From Chondrinema litorale (GTDB lineage: Bacteria; Bacteroidota; Bacteroidia; Cytophagales; Flammeovirgaceae), in contig NZ_CP111043.1 of assembly GCF_026250525.1 (NCBI RefSeq), forward strand, positions 1,289,421-1,353,420: a DNA stretch of 64,000 nt. The letters run 5' to 3'. A model generated the notes under the pieces. That model saw only the letters and a list, made by a program, of their open reading frames with translations. It was not told the origin of the DNA and did no database searches. The position numbers were made by a program, and so were the translations under genes. Each line of letters opens with the position of its first letter. Position 1 is the stretch's first letter. Shown here one piece after another: positions 59,971 through 64,000 of this stretch.

Positions 59971-60444
59971 GTGTTGATTTTAAAAAAAAAGAAGCTGAAA
60001 ATGAAGTTAGATAACTTTAAGCGATATCAAAATGGACTAACTTTAGATACTTTATTTCCAAAATTAATGGGTGTTTGCGCATGTGGTTGTGCAAATAAAC
60101 TAGAAGGAAGGCGAAAAAAATGGTATAGTGATGAATGTAGAAAAAAAGCACTTTTTGAATTTTATATTATAAAAGGAGATCCTACTTTTATAAGAAAACT
60201 ACTTTTTGAAATTGATAAAGGATTTTGTAGAAGTTGTGGCTCTTCCGATGAAGAATGGGAAGCAGATCATATTATACCAGTAACATTGGGAGGTGGAGCC
60301 TGTGGACTAGACAACTACCAAACATTGTGTAAACATTGCCATATTGAAAAATCAAAATTAGATACTATCCCAAATAGCTCTTATGTTTTTACATCCAGAT
60401 TTAATATCATTTGTAATTCTTATTATCGAATTAGGGCAGATTGA
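59971..60444 (+). CDS. HNH endonuclease domain protein
   Basis: CRSCGSSDEEWEADHIIPVTLGGGACGLDNYQTLCKHCHIEKSKLD HNH motif with paired Cys ligands. The C-terminal tail probably over-extends into the convergent gene. Confidence 0.65.
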   Translation: MLILKKKKLKMKLDNFKRYQNGLTLDTLFPKLMGVCACGCANKLEGRRKKWYSDECRKKALFEFYIIKGDPTFIRKLLFEIDKGFCRSCGSSDEEWEADHIIPVTLGGGACGLDNYQTLCKHCHIEKSKLDTIPNSSYVFTSRFNIICNSYYRIRAD

Positions 60445-61041
60445 AGTAAAATCTCTAAAAACATCATAAGATATACAAAGCTTGTTATCTAGCTGTTCAT
60501 TATCAAATACAATATTTTCAATTGCATACATGTATAGAATTGCAGAAATATATTTAGATGTATCTTCTGGTAATTCTGTACTTTGACTAATATGAACTTT
60601 ACCTATTCCGAATTTATTTATTCCTTTATTGTTTACTTTCCTTATTATGATATCTGGATTAACACTTACATCAACTCCTTCAATTATTATATTCTTTTTA
60701 TGAATATCTAAAGCAGAATAAATTAAGTTTTTATTTATTGCATTCGTGTTCAACACAAATTCTAAGGCCTCAATTGAATTCCTTTTTTCATTTTCTAAGA
60801 AATCATTATTAATACCTTTATTTCTTAGATAATCTAAACATTTTAAAATAATCTCAGCATTAAAGTTACTTTGTAGATAAGCATTAATTGCTTTTCTTGC
60901 ATCAGAATAATAAGTATAAGTAAAACGGTTTTCATCTGGATTTTTGAATGTTTCAAGAATTTTACGTTGACGTGTAGAATTGGCCGTCAAAAATTCGCCT
61001 AGCTTATTTATAGAAATTTTTGGTGTGTTCTTATTAGTCAT
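60358..61041 (-). CDS. hypothetical protein
   Basis: 227-aa ORF convergent with the HNH gene. Confidence 0.4.
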   Translation of the reverse strand: MTNKNTPKISINKLGEFLTANSTRQRKILETFKNPDENRFTYTYYSDARKAINAYLQSNFNAEIILKCLDYLRNKGINNDFLENEKRNSIEALEFVLNTNAINKNLIYSALDIHKKNIIIEGVDVSVNPDIIIRKVNNKGINKFGIGKVHISQSTELPEDTSKYISAILYMYAIENIVFDNEQLDNKLCISYDVFRDFTSICPNSIIRITNDIKSGCKNIRAIWDSI

Positions 61042-61261
61042 GATAATAAATTATTATAAATCAGAAAAAACTACTATTATTTGATCAAAGTCATAAATTA
61101 ATCAAATAATAGTAAATATATTAATTATTCAAATAATTGACTCCTAATAAATTATTGATTCAAAACATCAAATATTAGATGATTCTCTTAATAAAATCTA
61201 TAGAAAGTAGTAGGGTAAATTATATATATTTAGTCAACCAATTAAATAACAAACTAATCAG

Positions 61262-61771
61262 ATGAAGGATCTGCTAAATAAGATATCGTCATATAACATT
61301 TTCAATTATCTGTTCCCTGGTGTCTTATATGCAGTCATTATAAGTAAAATAACAAAAATTAATATCTTACAAGAAGATATACTTGTTGGAGCTTTTCTTT
61401 ATTATTTCATAGGTCTTGTCATAAGCCGTATTGGTTCTTTGTTAATTGAACCATTTTTAAAGAAAATCAAATTCATAAAGTTTGCTGAATATTCTGACTT
61501 TATTCAAGCATCTAAAGATGATCCAAAAATTGAGGTTTTATCAGAATCAAATAACACTTATAGAACTCTGACTTCATTATTTTTTTTGATTATTATTTCC
61601 AAAGTCTTTTTATTGTTATCAAATAAATACCAATGGCTTATAGACTATAAATGGTATTTTATCTCCAGTAGCCTTTTAATAATGTTTGCTTTTTCTTATA
61701 GAAAACAGACTATTTATATCACAAAAAGAATTAAAAATTCATTGAAAAGTAAAAACAGAATTATATCATGA
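61262..61771 (+). CDS. integral membrane protein (four TM helices), hypothetical
   Basis: Hydrophobic helices. 4-nt overlap (ATGA) with the downstream MBL gene. Confidence 0.4.
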   Translation: MKDLLNKISSYNIFNYLFPGVLYAVIISKITKINILQEDILVGAFLYYFIGLVISRIGSLLIEPFLKKIKFIKFAEYSDFIQASKDDPKIEVLSESNNTYRTLTSLFFLIIISKVFLLLSNKYQWLIDYKWYFISSSLLIMFAFSYRKQTIYITKRIKNSLKSKNRIIS

Positions 61772-62643
61772 GCAATCATTGTGAAGTTGTCTTTTGGGAT
61801 GTGCAACATGGTCATATGACATATATTAAAACTCCTAATAACAGACATATTGTAATAGATTTGGGAACTGGGGATTATTCAAAAGGAATTGAGAATTTTA
61901 GCCCATTACTTCATCTAAAAAATAAATACAAAGTAAATCAGCTTGATTACGTTATCATTACTCATCCCCACCTAGATCATATTGACGACATTCTCAATTT
62001 TGATGCTTTGAAACCAAGAGTATTACTTAGGCCAAATCATTTAAGTAATGATGAAGTAATGGAGAGAGTACTTGAAAGAGACAGAGCAAAATTTGAAAAA
62101 TATTGTGAAATAAATAATAGATACAACCAACCAATTGATCCAAGTTCAATTGATGATAAATCAAATCCTAGTAATTGGGGTGGGCTTGAAATAAAAACCT
62201 TTATTCCAAAATCTTGTAATCATAACAATTTTAATAATCATAGTATAATAAGTGTTTTTGAATTTGCAAATATAAAAGTTGTAATACCTGGAGATAATGA
62301 AAAATGCTCTTTTGACGAGCTTATGTCTAAAAATGATTTTGTTGAAGCTATATCAAATGCTGATATTTTACTAGCTCCTCATCATGGACGTATGTCAGGA
62401 TTTAATAACGACTTTGTTAAGGCTGTAAATCCTAGAATAACTGTTGTATCAGACTCCAAGTTTTGTGACACAAGTGCTAATGCAAATTATACTGCAAAAA
62501 GTAGAGGATGGACTGTACACAATAAAAGTAATTTCACTTCAAAACAAAGAAAATGTTTAACAACAGCTTCTGATGGAGAAGTGGTAGCACATTTTGGATA
62601 TCAACCAAGTGGCAGGAGTTATCTAAAGGTAATGATTAAATAA
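61768..62643 (+). CDS. metallo-beta-lactamase-fold hydrolase (ComEC C-terminal-domain-like)
   Basis: HPHLDHIDD (HxHxDH) motif. N-terminal VVFWDVQHGHMTYIKTP..IVIDLG resembles the ComEC MBL domain. Downstream His and Asp ligands (LAPHHGR). Confidence 0.55.
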   Translation: MSNHCEVVFWDVQHGHMTYIKTPNNRHIVIDLGTGDYSKGIENFSPLLHLKNKYKVNQLDYVIITHPHLDHIDDILNFDALKPRVLLRPNHLSNDEVMERVLERDRAKFEKYCEINNRYNQPIDPSSIDDKSNPSNWGGLEIKTFIPKSCNHNNFNNHSIISVFEFANIKVVIPGDNEKCSFDELMSKNDFVEAISNADILLAPHHGRMSGFNNDFVKAVNPRITVVSDSKFCDTSANANYTAKSRGWTVHNKSNFTSKQRKCLTTASDGEVVAHFGYQPSGRSYLKVMIK

Positions 62644-62892
62644 GAAAATTGAACTTGCTGTTATATGATAATCATAATTTTTGATTTCCCCTTTTTGTGA
62701 ATGGATCAAAAAGTATTTTTGAAATTCTTTTACATTAAAAAAGTAAATAATGATAATTTCACCAAATTAAATATATCGTTTAATTTTAACAGGGTATTAG
62801 CATTACGTCTATTATATTCATTATTTGAATATTAAGCTATTCTGATGCTTAATAAATTTTTTTCTTTTTTAGATATTTAATAGAAATATATA

Positions 62893-64000
62893 TGCATGTT
62901 AAAAAACTAAAAATAGTAAAGTTATATGGTTATATTGATAAAGTAATTGACTTCAATCATGACTTAACTATACTTGTCGGAATTAATGGGGCAGGAAAGA
63001 CTAGTATATTAAATATTGTTAATTGGATTCTTAGGCCATCTCTACCAAATTTATGTGTGACCGACTTTAAGTCACTCACACTATTTTTTGAATACCAAAA
63101 AGAAAATTACGAAATAAATTGCATCCATTATAAATCAACTTTTCGCTATAAATTGAAGGTAGGGAGCAGTCAAATGCATCCTCTTATAGTGAAATTGAGA
63201 GAACATCCCTCAAATATTGAAAATAATGAAAATCTTAAACAACAAGTACTTCAAAGTTATTTGCATCTAGGTCCAGATGATAAGGAGAAAAAAACTTGGC
63301 AAGTTATTTCTAAATTCCCAAAACCAACAGTTGTAGGTTTAGATAGACATTTATATGCAGAAGAGTCTGAACAAGTATTTGTTGAAGACAGCTTGAAAGG
63401 AGATGTCATTAGAAGAAAACAAAAAGTGTCTATTTCTCCACTTGATCGTGTAAAGGAAATAATAAATAAAGAATATAGAAAACAAAAAAACTCAATTCTT
63501 AACCTTACAAATTCTCTTAAAAATCACTTAATGCTTTCGGCTTTTAATGGAAGTATTACTGAAGAATCCTTTTCAAGTGGAATTAGATACAAACTCACAT
63601 ATCAACAAATAGAAAATGCTGAAAATCGAGTACATGACTATTTTGAGAATTTTGAAGAGACAATCTTTGGAGATTCGGAAAAGGAAACAGTAAAAAAATA
63701 TTTTTCTGATTTAAAAGCTATTACTACAGAATATCAAAATAACCCTGAAAAAGACATTGTAAAACTCCTATACGGATTAAATGCAAACCAATTTATAAAA
63801 GTCAGAAAACTACTTCGTGAATTCGAAAAATTTGAAGAAAAAGTTTCAAAAACAACTGCACAAATTCAAAACTATTTACAAACTTTAAATTATTTTTTTA
63901 AAGATTCTGGTAAGGAAATAGCGTTTAAAGAAGATACTTTTGAATTAACTTTTAATACAATTAATAGAAAAGGAGAGATAGAAATCAAATATAAAGATAT
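62893..64000 (+). CDS. SMC/RecF/OLD-like ABC ATPase, 5' partial (runs off the window)
   Basis: N-terminal KLKIVKLYGYIDKVIDFNHDLTILVGINGAGKTSILN P-loop of the RecF/SMC/OLD ABC class. Long alpha-helical region follows. No stop before the window end. Confidence 0.6.

Overview
The window is a 64 kb, AT-rich stretch that looks like a Bacteroidota chromosome. The evidence is SusC/SusD genes, an ECF sigma/FecR pair, sulfatase and GH43 genes, and many outer-membrane beta-barrel and lipoprotein genes. It is probably marine Cytophagia or Flavobacteriia, but no taxon can be proven from sequence alone. Gene density is high, with about 60 credible CDSs, and there are no rRNA genes, intact tRNA genes or CRISPR arrays.

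Main blocks:
- 1-23 kb: housekeeping and accessory genes. These are an esterase, VOC protein, rhomboid protease, AraC regulator, SDR, acid-ceramidase-like Ntn hydrolase, GH43, panE, HxlR/DoxX, GNATs, methyltransferases and guaC.
- 23.2-24.4 kb: a translationally coupled polynucleotide-kinase-like P-loop kinase and Thg1-like 3'-5' nucleotidyltransferase. I read this as a candidate RNA 5'-end repair cassette.
- 25.9-33.7 kb: a three-gene minus-strand operon encoding an NfeD/YqiJ-like membrane protein, a flotillin (SPFH) and a 1639-aa protein with a C-terminal MoxR/midasin-class AAA+ module. Its function is unknown and it is the most system-like unexplained feature in the window.
- 36.9-48.7 kb: a polysaccharide utilisation locus with ECF sigma, anti-sigma, SusC, SusD, a DUF2961 protein, a discoidin-GH clan A hydrolase and a sulfatase. 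It probably targets a sulfated glycan.
- 53.9-55.3 kb: two tandem paralogous OMP beta-barrel genes.
- About 55.4 kb to the window end: a 3' tRNA-gene fragment marks the edge of an AT-rich island. The island carries hypothetical genes, an HNH endonuclease, a membrane protein plus ComEC-like MBL hydrolase pair, and an SMC/OLD-like ABC ATPase truncated at the window end. It is probably an integrated mobile or defense island.

Also notable are a 130-nt direct repeat with TIR-like ends at 0.1 kb and 13.8 kb, an identical 16-mer flanking the AraC gene, and a palindromic iteron array at 58.74-58.81 kb.
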